DNA of 64,000 nucleotides from the NCBI RefSeq assembly GCF_902459465.1, contig NC_047082.1, positions 1,364,001-1,428,000 on the forward strand, read 5' to 3'. The stretch comes from Asterias rubens (taxonomy: Eukaryota). Below the pieces are notes generated by a model, which was not told where the DNA came from, did no database searches, and saw only the letters and a program-made list of their open reading frames with translations. The position numbers and the translations under genes are program-made. This document shows, in pieces, positions 1 through 30,198 of this stretch (the stretch's first letter is position 1; every line of letters begins with the position of its first letter).

Positions 1-941
1 CTGGTAATGTTTTGTCATTATATCCAAACTCCTCAAGTTATTAATTTCTTCATATTTAAAGTCTCTCACTGAATTGATTTTGCTTTTAAAATAGTGAACT
101 TTTCCATGATAATTTCATCTGAAGTAGTTTTATGTATCATAAAAAACACTCGTTGAGGTAAAAATTTGACTATTGCCTGGTACATTGACTTGCTATTTAA
201 CAATGTTCACAAAAGTGACAGCTAAAATTTTGAATCCTCAGACTAAAGACAGTTGCTGTGTCACATGGTTTTAAACACCAATACACAATGAGCAAGTTCG
301 AGTGAGGCACTATAGTCGACTATAGTCGACCATCGGGTGAATTTGCATGGTACCCAGAATGTATTCAATGCATAGGTAACCATGGAACATTGACCAGTGG
401 TTGACAACTTGCTCAATGCTGAATGAATGTGTATTGAACAATGGTACCAGGGTTTGCTCATCTCAAGGTTGCTAGGCAAAAGCTTGCTCGAAGAGAAATC
501 ATTTGTTTCTGAGAGTCGCTTTAGCTACACCGTCTTTAGTCTGGCGAGTATGGCTTGGGTGCTCACTTGTGGCCAATCAAATCATTGAACCAGACATTAT
601 TCAAAGTATAATTTGCAAAATAGTCAGGGATTGATTATTTTAAACATTTGGCACTTAAATTAAATATGAAAATCACAATATATCTTTGCATGGAAGTAGC
701 TACTTGTGTGGCCTCATGATTAGACACTTTTTTTTTGTTTTCTTAACAAATTTAATAGATTCAACTTCTTAAAAGTGTAATATAGGCCTACTTTGATTCT
801 TGGAATTGTTCAGGTTTTCTGTGAAAAAAATAGTCATTTTTAGATAGAGTTTCTCACCAGTTATGATTCATTCCGAGAAGACTTTTAATGACAATTTGCG
901 CCAAACTTTTCAGTCAAACTTTAAAAGTCAAGTACAAACTG

Positions 942-1120
942 GGCCCAGTTTCATGGAGCTGCTTAAGCACAAACAAATTATGCTTACAAGAATAAGGTTA
1001 CCAGCCAAACTACCATGCCATATGTACAATAGCCCACCCCCTATGTGACTGGTATCCTGCTCATTTCTGCTTAGCAGAATTATGTGTCAGGCAAAATAGG
1101 CAGGTCTATGAAATTGGGCC
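942..1120. mobile_element. Harbinger/PIF-type MITE (GGCCCAATTTCATAGAGCTGC family)
   Basis: Terminal inverted repeats GGCCCAGTTTCATGGAGC / GTCTATGAAATTGGGCC; flanks CTG/TTG; body shared with several other copies in the window. Confidence 0.75.
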
Positions 1121-1364
1121 TTGGTGTGTCGTGTCCCATGAACATTCTTTCTTTAATGTATACAGACAAGTTTGAGCTGACTACTCAAAACATAAAATGG
1201 ACCACTTCTCAACGACACATCAGAAAAGTTCCTACTCACACTTACAATCTCACGTCACCCAAACAAGACAACAAATTGGTCATGACTGGACAAGACAATG
1301 GGAACTTAGTGGACAGAAACTTTGTACAGAAAAATCAATGTATTTATTCCCAGCATGTCCATCA

Positions 1365-1534
1365 CAGGCCTGGAATTTCATCTGTGAGAGGGCAATTAGG
1401 CCATTTTAATTTTGAAAAGGGCACTCCCATTAGAAAATCTTAAGTCTATTGGGAAACTTTTGAAGGGGCACCAAAGCCAAGACCAGGACAACACAGGCCA
1501 TGGCCTCTGTGACCTCCGTGAAATTCCATGCCTA
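1365..1534. mobile_element. hAT-type MITE (CAGGCCTGGAATTTCA family)
   Basis: TIR CAGGCCTGGAATTTCA / TGAAATTCCATGCCT; related copies at 9008-9166, 32473-32638, about 33321-33470 and 58868-58963. Confidence 0.65.
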
Positions 1535-1727
1535 CAATCACAATAAACACAACACTGGTGCAATCATGCTGCAGGTTTTTTTGTGTATTACTGACATGAA
1601 CCAGTTTGTATCACTGTCCTGCAGTAGCAGTTAAATCCATGCATCACACAACGCTTCGGAGAAAACCCCCAATCATTTAACAGTTAAGGTGGATGTAGAG
1701 TTGATGATAGCATCAATTCTGTAGCAG

Positions 1728-1898
1728 CAGGCCTGATACTTCACAGAGGCATCGATGGCAATTGCCTCCATGTCCTCTGGTGATTGCCTTGGTGCCCTTA
1801 AATTGCTCCAGTAGAAATTTACAATTTCCTCATAGGGTGCCCAAAGGAGAAAATGCCTTGGTGTCCTTGCCCATTAAAAAACGCATCATACAGGCCTG
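1728..1898. mobile_element. hAT-type MITE (CAGGCCTGATACTTCAC family)
   Basis: CAGGCCTG termini; near-identical reverse-oriented copies at 10467-10642 and 18381-18550. Confidence 0.7.
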
Positions 1899-2840
1899 GA
1901 GGAGTGCTGTTTTGATGGGCGTTTCTAGTGAATCAAACGGAGCCTGGAGCTGGAGCCTAAGCCAAGGTTAGTAAAAAACACCCAGCTGTATTTGCAGGAT
2001 TGAGAAATACAACAAGAATAGTTCACCGAACAAATGGTTGCTGGTTCGATTCCCGGCCAAATCCTCCATGATCGCAGCATTTACAAAGATGCTACCCGAT
2101 ACACGTACCATGTTCACAGGAGAATCGCAAAGCAATTTAATTACACAGGATTAACATACACAAGATGGTTCCAACAAATAAATTGCACAGGGTACCAGAC
2201 TTGTTACAAACAAGGGTGCTATATTACATGTACGTGTTGCGCATTCCGCTCCAATGAAATAGTGTTGTGATTGCACATGACGTCACCCCAGTAGAATTCA
2301 AGGACAGAAAGTAAATGGCCATACTTTGTGTGTCGTGCATTCAACTCCATTACTACTATTACACTGTAGTGTTAAATTAACGTGGACAGCAGAGTTAAAC
2401 ATTACATCACACTGGTAGATGCTAAAAATCAATCGCTAGATCGATGCATGTCACACATAAGGCTCTTTCATACATCCTCGCAAAGTGCCGAGCTGGCTCT
2501 GTCATTTATCCTCGCGAAGTGCCGAGCTAAGATCCAACGGCCTTAAACACGACTTCACATAAGAAGGGCCTGCTGAAGTGGGTCGCTCCTTTTGCTAAAA
2601 GCTACACATGTATGTCATGCAATTCCACGCCATTGTTCACATGTCGCATACGAAGTCCAGATATGGTCCAGCAGAGGTATAACACATGACATCAACAGCG
2701 AGATCACAGATGGCACATTTGTTTGGCATTTTGTTCCGCTCCACTGTTTACCCGCAATGCTGATCACCGCGTATGCTTAGCTGTCCCATTTGACCTTCGA
2801 ACTTTAACCAGAGGTCATATTTTTAGCAACTGCTCACTAT

Positions 2841-2992
2841 GGGTGCGTTCGTTTAGCTTCCCTAGGTCGACCCCGGTGTGTGGCGTGTTTTTTTCCCCGG
2901 ACAAACGTGGGTAATTATCTGCACACGTTCGTCCTGGAAAAAGAACATGCCACACACCGGGGTCGACCCGGGGAAGCTAAATGAACGCACCC
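2841..2992. mobile_element. Palindromic MITE, Harbinger-like (3-bp TAT flanks)
   Basis: GGGTGCGTTCGTTTAGCTTCCC...GGGAAGCTAAATGAACGCACCC, nearly fully self-complementary; TAT on both sides. Confidence 0.75.
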
Positions 2993-3359
2993 TATATAAT
3001 CAGTTGTCTCTGAATGTGTACCACTTCTCGCTGACCATGTACACACGCCAGAACGCCAGTCAGTGTTTCAAACCGCGCAACCCTAATAATCCCCTGCAGC
3101 ACATTTCTGCCCGATTTGAAACTTAACCTCAATGTATTTCAGATGTATAACCTACTAGTGGTAAACACAATAAATTATGCTGTCATTACGCTAGCACTCC
3201 TCACAGACAACGACAGTTTTGTTTTTAAAATCACACTCACATTCCGTCCATGATGTCCATCGATATAAAAAGAAAACTCGGCGTCAGTCAATGCCAGCAG
3301 TGGGTCTGAAACAGTTCAATCAGTTTTTTTAAAACAACGTCGGTGTGTCTCTCTATTTT

Positions 3360-19547
<16,188 letters not shown>

Positions 19548-21535
19548 TGTTAGTGTATGCTCTCTGTGTAGATTCCACTGTTGAGTAGCCTGGTGATGGA
19601 GACTAGCATTTACAAGATTGGGATCGCCAGACTAAAGTTCTACATGTATTCAAACATGTGTTATCTGCAAGCAATAGGAAAATGTTTGTTGATCATGTAC
19701 AAAATATTGATTAAATTGATAGAGCAGTTCTTATTGGTTTTCAGTAAACTAACTGAAAAACTAGAATAACAATATTGTATTTTTATGTCAAATCCAGCTA
19801 TGACTTCCGAGGACATTGGTGGCAGCAGATATTGTTCACAGAATTATGCACATGCTCAGAATTACATAAAGTTACCTTGGTAATTGTCTGCTGCTAACTA
19901 GGGTCTAATAAATGTCCCATAAAAAGGTTCTATGGGATGCTTAACTTAAGACATGTAAACCAGAAACAGGGGTAATACCCTTAATTTTTCAGAACATAAG
20001 GGGTTTCCCAGGAAGAATTTGACTTTTGTAACGTCGCTTAACGTTCTTTCCAAAGGACAAAGTAATAACCAGATAACTATACAGGGTGAAGTGTCTTGTT
20101 TGGAAACACTTGTTTGGAGACACAAGTGCCGTAACCGCAAAAATCATTTGAAAAAGAAAATATCGCGAGACTAAATTGGTCCAAGTAGTCATTATTGAAA
20201 TTTGAACATGTGTTGGTGTGTAAGTGTACAGAATTTATCTTAAAAGAAAAAAATGTAATAACATCCAAACGTCTACAAAACATCTCTTTTTCTAGAACAG
20301 CGTTTCAGAAGGAAACACTGTATGACATTGGTTTTAGCATTAACTTCATACCAAAAAATATAACAACCTTCTTTTTATAAAATTGTTTTTACCGGCCTTT
20401 TTCCACAAAAACGCATTAAATTTAATGCTTGGCTCATTCAATTTGGTATGAAAATGAGTCTCCCATCCATTGCATCAGTGCAAAAGGAATTAATACAGTT
20501 TGACAGTTAAGCATTCACCGGTCAAATAAGATCATTTAAATTTTATTAGGTCGGAAATATTATTCGATTTCGAAAAAGCCAAAAGCAAGAGGCAAGTCAA
20601 CCATTGAATTTCATTAATTAATGGGCAGTAGAAAATCTGAAGAATGGTGAAAACAGTGTTCAAATAAAATAGTCATGGATGCCCAGTTGTTTTACGGCTT
20701 CATTTGCCAACTGAAGCTAAAAATGCTGATGTGACATATCTTTGGCTGGGGGGAGGGGATTGTTAATTATTAAGTCCATATATGTCCATATTCTGACACC
20801 CCTCCCTCCATAAATATAATGAGAATTTGTATTTTTTATTCTCATCAGAAAAACGAAGGGGATATGACCCCAAAAATGGAAAAGCATCATCACTGTCTAT
20901 AAAAAAGGGTTCTGGACAAAAAAGGAAAAATTAACAGGATAAAAATATTTCTGAGAGAAATACTTGAATTAACATGCTAGTTAAAAAAAAAAAAACATTC
21001 AGAATTTATATAAATTATATTGTACAATATTTTCGCAACCCAATATTTTCACAACCCAATTCAACAAAGTGCTCATTGTAGAACTATCGTGTCCTTGATA
21101 AATAAATGTTGATTATACATTCTTCACATCAGTTGCACGATCCTGTTCTTCGCTTCAATGCTTAATAAAGCAGTGCTGGGAGAAGGGACTATTTCTTGTA
21201 ACTTGCTAATGCCATTTTACCATGAGTATCTACTTCATCTTAGAGCCTTATTTTTCCTATTCTGTAAGGATGTCCCCTGATCTTTCAAAGCCATTCTACA
21301 GATTCCATCTGGGAAAACGCCAACACTGAATCCAGAAAAACAGAACTCTGAACTCAATAATATGTCAAAAATGATTTGAAATAAGTAAGCATGTACAAAT
21401 ACAATTTAATAAAAAAACTAATAATACACAGTTCTCATACATACAGCTCTTCTTTACACCTGATGGGCATCTCAAAGCGCTCTGTATTTTATTATGCAAG
21501 GTATTGGGAGCTACATGCGTTTTTTGAAGTATTAA

Positions 21536-21888
21536 AGGCAGTGGATACTATTGGTAATTACTCAAAATAATTTTTGGCATAAAACCTTTCTTGGTGACGA
21601 GTAATGGGAGTTGATGGTATAAAACATTGTGAGAAACGGCTCCCTCTGAAGTGCCATAGTTTTCGAGAAAGGTTTCGAGACTTCAAGTTTAGAACTTGAG
21701 GTCTCGAAATCAACCATCTAAACGCACACAACTTCGTGTGACAAGGGTTTTATTTATTTCATTACTATCTCGCAAGTACGATAATCGATTGAGCTCAAAT
21801 TCTCACAGGTTTGTTATTTTATGCATATGTTGAGATACACCAACTGTGAAGGCTAGACTTTGACAATTACCAATAGTGTACATTGTCT
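21536..21888. mobile_element. Kolobok-type MITE, family A
   Basis: TTAA|AGGCAGTGGATACTATTGGTAATT ... AATTACCAATAGTGTACATTGTCT|TTAA; reverse of 36122-36500. Confidence 0.8.
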
Positions 21889-23029
21889 TTAAACCTATTC
21901 CTTTTCATAGCACGATTAATTTACAAGGTGCTGTGGGGCAACATGCTGCCAATCAAACCATCAACACCAATTTATCCAACAGTTCAAATTTATCTTCTCA
22001 TCATTAATTGTATCACAAGTAATTAACATTTCTTTCCCCCATACTTATAATTGTAGTCCCTTATCATGTCTCAAGGTATGTACTCCGCTTGCATACCTTT
22101 TAATTTATTAATGAAATGGAAAGAATCATTGAATGCAATAATGTGGTGTGCATTACTCCTTCAAACACGGTTTTACTTTTGGCAATTGGCAAACCTGAAT
22201 GAATTCATTGCATTAGACACGATCGACAAGATTTCTGCAATTTGTACGCAAATGTTAATTTACAAACAATTTGCTGATTTAAGTGTGTGGCTTTACTGTC
22301 TACAGTGCTCACTGTGTTTAAGCTACCCCTCAAATTAACCCACACTCGACATGGCATTCCACCACAATGCCATTCTTAATGCATTTGTCTTAACTGATTT
22401 TTGTTTTCTTTTTCAGGGGGTTTCTTAAATATAAATGAACAAATATTTGCAAGGTTGTTTAAATTGGACATGAAGGGGAGACCGTTTTGTAATTTTTGAT
22501 ACAAATTTCAAAATTTCATGATTTTTTCTAAAGATCACAATAAGAACACAGCTGTGTGATGATCTTACGTATGACAGACTGTCACTTTAAACATACTGGT
22601 GGCAAATAGCAGAGCACGCATACAGACCCCCTGAGCACTAAACCTCAGATGTGTGCATTACATGTATACTTCGCTTTCGTATTTATTCTCCCTTGCGCTC
22701 CTTAAATCTCCCTTCCAAGGTACCGTGCATGATCATTAACCGTCTCCACCATGAATGGACAATTGATGGTAAACATATGATTGAGTAACTGAATAACATT
22801 TCTTTCCATTGAAGGTCATTTAAAAATAGTAATTTAATGTATTCTTTCCCAGATACATTTGAAGAGAAAATGCACAATGTATGGAAACAACAGCCCTAAA
22901 CTCAATGACATTTCTGCAGGATGGTTTTTCGACATGTTTCTTAAACATATTGACATTTTTTTAATCGACTAAATTTCATGTTATAACCTTGCTGTCATAA
23001 GCATTGTGACCTGTAGGCCTGATGAAGAT

Positions 23030-23342
23030 AACTGTGAAGAGAGGGTAGTGAAGAAATGTTCAGTTTTAGATGTGGGAGGAAATCACAAAATTGGGAAACC
23101 CAATTAGGAAGTAGGAACAGTAATAAATCCAATAAATATGCAAGCCAGTAGGAACTGAAAAAAACCAATAAATATTGGTCCCTGAAGTTGGAGGAAAACT
23201 CAAACTTGGGAAACCCATGCAAGCAAAGCAAGTACATGTAGGAACTGAAAAACCTAATAAACATTCATGAATGTTGTCCGGGGTGGGACTAGAACCCAGA
23301 CCCAACAGGTGGAGACGCAGGAAAAGAAATCACTAGGCCAAC
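23030..23342 (-). mobile_element. V-SINE-like element with internal duplication
   Basis: Shares GAAGAAATGTTCAGTTTTAGATG, GGAAACCCATGCAA and AAAGAAATCAC..GCCAACCT with 6563-6761. Confidence 0.55.
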
Positions 23343-23515
23343 CTGCCGTCGATTTCACAAATAGTTAGGACTCGTCTTATCTCGAGTTAGGACGAGTAAC
23401 TCGTCTTAACTTAGGATTAATCTTAAGGTCTGCATGCTACAGTGCATGGTTGGGACTCGTCCTAAGTCCTAAGATTAGTCTTAAGTTAGGAAGAGTTTTG
23501 TGAAATCGACGGCAG
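23343..23515. mobile_element. MITE with CTGCCGTCGATTTCACAAA TIR (Harbinger-like)
   Basis: Perfect 19-bp inverted termini; internal TTAGGA/TCCTAA repeats. Confidence 0.75.
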
Positions 23516-26500
23516 ATTCAGCTTCAAGTTGTATTTTGAAGACTTTTTAACCATTGACTTCTGTTATAATCATATTGTAAATTTAAGCAGCTCCCATCTT
23601 TGAACGTTTCACCATTTAAAATCCAGGATAACTCGTACTTAGCATAATAATAGCACAAGCTATAACAAAAAAACCAATATTTGCAAAACTTAGGCCTATT
23701 CTTTTCAACAGAGTTAAAATACAAAAAGCAGTTTGCACTTTCTTTAATAAAAACAGAAAAAAGAGAAAATGAAAGTTTTTACGTTTAACTTTGTCTTATC
23801 ATAGGGTCTGGCAAGGTCATTTGGGGTTTTAATCTTTACCTCAAAAACCCCATAACAAACAACCAAGGTCAGAATATAGTGGTCAATGTTTCTAAATGGC
23901 TCGGTTCGACAAATCGCTATGCTGTGATTCGAGCTTGATACGTCAGGTAAATCACAACAAAAGAGAAGGATATAGTATAATTTCTCTTATCCAACAGACA
24001 GAAATAAACCAAAACCATGCATTTAAAACCCCCTACAAAACCCACATAAAACAAATAAAGACATTACACCAAAAAAGCCTTTTGTGAACACAATGACAGT
24101 TGTTGACAGGTTTTCCTGGTCAATCGTTTTTCGTTACAAAGGTGACAGTGTAGACTCTTTTCTGTCCACACTTGTCCTCTTCCCAACCCAAACAAGATCC
24201 CCACACACTGCACACTATGAATAGGGACATCACACATGAAATACTTCAGTGAGCGCATACATTGATGACAGACAGAGTCATTCTTCAATAGGGCAAATCA
24301 GGACACTACTGGAAGGACTTACACAAGTCTAATTATGATGATGGGCATTTTCATTCAGTGCACAATCCATCTAGTGGCCGATATGGGACAACTACACACA
24401 CACTTTGAGCTGTTCATTGTATTTTTTAGAGTGTGCTCAACTGATTTGCAAATCAAGTAATAATTTGTGTCACGATATGCCCTAGTAATAAAAGGAAACA
24501 TTTACACATCGTAAAACATTTTCTGAAAGCCAACAAAGTCGCATGAAAAATGTTCGTCTTTTCTTCGCTTCTTTTGTGGCCATTCAAATAAATAATGAAA
24601 ACAAATCATTAACAAATGTTGCTTATCTCACAAAGTGTTGGGGGGGGAGGTAGGTAGCAAATTGGTAAGTTCTCAATATAAGCTAATCAGTATGCCCATA
24701 TGAAATGCTTTTGCCATTTTTAAAAGACACTTATTATAAATTTACTTTTCTAATTAGCGCAGGGATTAATGTACATATGGAACAAGGTTTACATTTGGCC
24801 GTCATACATTTGAACGAGACGAACCAAGTTGGGGGGTGGGGGCCGGTTCAATCTTTTTCAGCACAACTCAAAAGTTTTCTTGATTTTAATTAAACATGCA
24901 ATATGGTACAAAATTTGAAGGGCCTACAGAAATCTCAGAATCAACAATAGTGTGATTTAATATTTTCTTTCATGTTTTGCACCTGTCACCGTGGATGAAT
25001 GAAATCCCCTTTTGTGGGGGGGGGGGGGGGAGGGGGCAGCAAACGTTCAAATCGTACAATAATCAAAATACATGAAAATTGTGAAACGTTTTAAATGCAA
25101 CTTTCGTGGCGCTTGTCGTGACAACACTCAACAGAATGATTTGCACTTTTTTATACGATAGAAAGCGACATGACATTTTTTCTGTTTAAAAAACAATTAA
25201 TTACTAGCTTGGATATTGAAAAATGCAACCAACCAAATAAAAAGAAAGCAATATTGAAAACCAAGGAAATTTGGTTTTACTTGCTCTAAGGTTTTACTTA
25301 CAACGGGGCGAAAACAATTGAATAGCAAATTCAACCAAAAAATACTTATTGACAAAGGCACCACAAATGCATAGTTTTAATTTTTTTAATTTTAATATTA
25401 TGAAACAAAAAATCACTTTAGGAAATGACCATGAATACTACACATTTTTTCCTATAAGATGAAGGGCAGCTCCATCTTCAAAAAATATCTAAGTAAATCA
25501 AAAACAAACCAAAATGTCTATCTACTTTCGAAAAATTTCGAAATTTGCTTTCCCATAACGCATGTACACACAGGGAGATTTGGTCATCAAGCCCTATGCA
25601 TGCGTGCACTTTGCTCTCATGCCAAAACAAAACACGAATTTTTGCACACAATTTCTTTTATTTTCCAGCCCACAAAACGCCGATATTTTCCAATTTACAC
25701 CGAACTAAAATGTCTGCATTACAGCACAGGATGGGAAAAACAACAAAGTTTCCGAAGCTGTTACTTTGAAAGCCTGAAACCCACAAAATAAAACAATTCC
25801 CAAGCGATAAGGAATGAAACTCCAACTTTTTAATGGCACAATTTTGACGAAGTCGAAGAAAATAATTTGTCAACTCCGAACTCTACGTTTTTTTACACCC
25901 GCTATTTTAGAAACTTCCGTTACGTAAATTACACTTTTCTCTCGAAATATAATTCACCCAAGCATAAAAAACATACAGGAACGGACAGAAAAAACTATGT
26001 AGATGCTGTAACTGGTGTACTTTTATCGTAGAATATTGAAATAAGTAAGTAAAACGAGGAAGAAACATGACTTCACCAAATTAAAAACTAAGGTCATTTC
26101 GTGTTTTCCCCCATATAACTAAACTTCCGTAACGCGCAATAGGAAAACCTACACATTTCTAAATACGAACGTAGTATAGGTCAACATTCTTTGCGTTTTA
26201 TGACAAGTAAATAAATAGAACGAGCCCTAAAAAATGATATAAAAGTGAATAACAATCATTTCTACATCTAAACCCGGCCACTAGAAACCACCAAAACAAT
26301 TTTAAAGTTGTTAAATTTGCGAAAAATTCTCACCATTCTACGCTCGTTTTGGAAGGGCTATGCCATGCTTTCGTCAGCGACCGAATGGCGGCTCCTCATT
26401 TGCATAACAAAATTGGCTCTTCCCGTAATAGCGTTGCACCCCCGCAATCCTTTGAGTGAATAGCCAAAACATATTTTTAGAAATTGTTCCTCTACGTTTG

Positions 26501-27961
26501 CTCAAAATATATTTTCCAGGTCATTTCAAAATATACACTTGTTCATAAGATTAAGTTTTATTTCAATTTAACAATTGAAAACTTAACTAAATGTGTGCAT
26601 TTTGGGCTTCAACGCACGACACCGCAGTGAGCAAAAAGCACAGCAGACTAGCGCTGGCGCACGCAATGGTTGAACTGCACACTATATACACAGAAAGTGA
26701 GTGCAACCGCATTTTTGTAACACAATCAAATGAAACATTTTGCGGACAAATTATTAAAAGTACTGAGCAATTGTGTGTAGCAGGACAAGGAAGACAATCA
26801 TTACAACACAGCAAAATAAATTTAACATTCGAAAGCTTTCTTCTGATGGTGACCCTTTTTGTCTTAGACACTCATCCTAAAGTTGCTGCTGATGAAAAAA
26901 CGGGGAAAATCGGGCAAAAAAAACCCCGGTGGCCTTGCAGTGGCCACGGAGGTAGAATGGGCCTACTACAGTTTCGTCACAAATTGGTTAAGTGGGAACT
27001 TCTATTTCTACCTCCATGTTCTATCTAACATATAGTGCATGGTACATTTTCAAACAAACAAATGACTAACTCAAATGCCGAAGCCACATGTCTCCGGATG
27101 GTTTGCTACCGCGGCCCCACAGTTACAACGTTACTAGGCCCCCCCCCCCCCCTGCGGGGCAAGTGCCCCCTTTGGTTGTCCCCCTTCCCCACTTACCCAT
27201 CTACGCCATATTAGGTGTATATAGGTCAACAGTGGATCTTTCTTTATCCTTGGGCTGTCGACCCTAGCGTGGATGTCATGAATGAATACAGATATATCAT
27301 GGTGTTTTTTACTGGATACTCATTTATACAAGACCTTGATTGATATAGTGAAACCATAGGAAGATTTATATTTACAGCCTAAGCCCCTCCCTGATCCTTT
27401 TGTTTTCCCACTTTTTTCCCAAAAAGACAACTGTGTATTTCTCATAAAGTTACTAATCTGTTAAGAACTTGTAACTAATTAAAAGCAAGTGGTGACTTTA
27501 AACAGAAGAATTAGGGCCAGTTTGAATTAAAATGCTTGGCGGCCACTTTTTGGAAAACTCGGACGATCAACTGGTATTTGTTCTACTTGGCCTAGCTAAG
27601 CCCAAATACAAATTGTTATCGCATTTGTATAACTGTCATTAACCTGTTGATAATGAATACCAAGCCCATCACTTGTGAACTGTTTGTAATAGTGTGACAT
27701 AGAAGTCACTAGGCTCGAGTTGTTTTAATGGCGGATAATGAACTTTAGGATATTTCCCAGAGTAAAACAAAATATTAAAACGAGCTAATACAACAATCAT
27801 TTAAACAAACATTTACCAATGTAGATTGTGTTCTCATATATTTACTATAATTATAAACTTTCATTTTGCGTTGTTAACCGTGGAAGAAAAAAACGATAGA
27901 GAATCACGGACTGCAAAAAAAAATAAAAAAATAAAATAAAAATGGAAATGCAGCAGAGACA

Positions 27962-28123
27962 ATGACGTCAGTAAACGTAATTTCGGTTTTGTCCAATGAG
28001 AACTCAATGTTTGGATTATCTCATTCATTCATTGGTGGGAAAAGACAGATGACGTCAGTAAACGTAATTTCGGTTTTGTCCAATGAGAACTCAATGTTTG
28101 GATACTCATTTCATTCATTGGTG
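27962..28123. repeat. Direct duplication (87-bp period), each unit with TGACGTCA, CCAAT and ATTGG
   Basis: ATGACGTCAGTAAACGTAATTTCGGTTTTGTCCAATGAGAACTCAATGTTTGGAT at 27962 and 28049. Confidence 0.85.
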
Positions 28124-30198
28124 AAAAATACTATGAAAGCAAAGATCACGACTGCGCGATGTTTTTTTGCACTCTGAAATAATATTATAAGGGAAATTTT
28201 TTATTCACTGCTAGTTGTGGTAATGATACGACTTCTTAATTTATTTCTATAGAAAACTAAACGGAACTCGTCTTGGATTAATTTTGTTCCCTTATTTATT
28301 AATGTGTGTGGAATGACAACATTCCGCATTTATTTATTATAAACGTCCGTTTATGACAAATGGCTAATTTTTATGTCAGACCGTGTAATAAGATCAGATT
28401 AAATTGTAGACAGGCGAATGTTGTTCAAGGGCGCTCAATAAAAAGACTCACCACAGCCTTCAGAAACATTTGACACTTGCAAATCGGTAGCCAACATTTG
28501 TTTGTAAAAGTATGTATTGAGCTTTCAAATCAAAATTTGCATCTCTTTCCCCATATAGATTAATAACTATCGCTGCTGTCATTCTGTGTTTAATACTAAC
28601 ATGTATTTTCTTCAATTAACTTGATGTATACCTTTTATTACAATTTTACGTTTAACAGAAATGTAATTAATTAATTTCATTTCAATTTTTTTTTTCACAA
28701 AACAAATGTAGGCCTGCAACACAGAATGGGTTCATAATCAAATATTTAGGAGAGACAATTCTTAAGTTCTTTAGACAGCATCGGGACTTTTCTCAAACCT
28801 TTTAAGAAATATAAAAATGTGGGGAAAGGGAAAACAGGATGAGGCCAATATAGTGTTTCACAATTTCTGAAACAAAATTGTCAATGTGAACTTTCCCCAG
28901 CTGAACAGAAATGTATAGAAATAAAGGAAAAACCAGCTCATAATAAAACCAGCTTAGCTTTATAATCAGTTTTCTTTGCAGTTTTAAAGCAAGATTCACA
29001 ATTGATTCAGAAAATAAATTCAGTTTCTATATTTACAAAGGATTGACAACATAAAATAAAAAATTTCTATGCATGATTCACAAAACAAAGCAGTTTTCTA
29101 TATACAGGATTAAGATTAAAAATGCAGTTTTCTATTCAGTTTTCACAAATTAAACACTCTGTCAATAAATTATTCACAAAAGAAACTCAGTTTTCTATGC
29201 AGGATTCATAAAACAAAAGATAGCTTTATTGTTAAAGAAGCCTACAGACTTGCAATCTTGCAACTAAAATAGGAAAGAAAAGGACATGACCATACCCACA
29301 AGACTTTGTACAGTAATAATATTGTGCAGTCTGATGTGTCACTTACAGTTTTAATGAAGAAAAAACAGACAAGTTTAACTGATTAGCTGGAAAGTTGGCT
29401 ATATATGAAATAATCACTCCCATTGACACCAGGAACCTTTGTTATGACAACTTGTTAATCCATACAAAATGAGCTTTTTATATCAGCATTTCATCCCATT
29501 TTGGTAAGGTCTAAACCCTCAAACAATTCTTTTAAGAATTAAAATCTCCTTTTTCAAAAATCTTTGTTTTTAGTCTTCCTTGTAATTTTTAGGATGTCGG
29601 TCCTACTTTCCTTTTTTGTTTTTGTTGTACATGTATAAACAATTACTGACTTGATGTATTAATAAGACTCATTTCAGGCTCTATTGTGATTTCTTTTCAA
29701 GACTTTAATTTGTTGATTCTGAAAATAATTTTACAGAAAGGTTCCTGAGGGAAGAGCCCTAGTTTTGTCATTATTCACAATTTAACCTTTACCGATATAT
29801 TATTATACTATTATTGTTATTATTATTTATTCGTCCAAGTGAAGTATGCAATAATCATACAGACATGAGAGCGAACGGATAATTCAATGACAGGCAGAAC
29901 AGGATGTCTAGTTTATGAATGAACAGACTGAAATAAAATAAATGGATTTAAAAAGCAGGATTAAGGGGCCTGGATGTGAAAGCAGAGAATTGGTATGTTT
30001 GTAGAGAGCAAGAATTAAAAGTCCAAGTAACAAAATCACAAATCAGTTACAAGATATTAAAGCAACAATGGAACACTGGCTAATAATTAAATGCAACATT
30101 AATCGTCAAGGCAATAAAGAACACGACAAACAATCAATTCATTATGAGATGGTCAGGAATTAAACAAAAGTGAACCTAATCAATGTGTATGCCTTTAA

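Noticed and set aside
1365-1898. 8-bp TSDs for the hAT-type MITEs at 1365, 1728, 10467, 32473 and 58868
   Set aside because: The flanks do not match; only the 18381-18550 copy has a verifiable TSD, so the hAT assignment of the others rests on termini and homology.
26591-27028. 145-aa ORF (also the 133-aa ORF at 37966-38367 and the 126-aa ORF at 34675-35055)
   Set aside because: No recognisable domain, composition typical of non-coding DNA, and no supporting exon structure.
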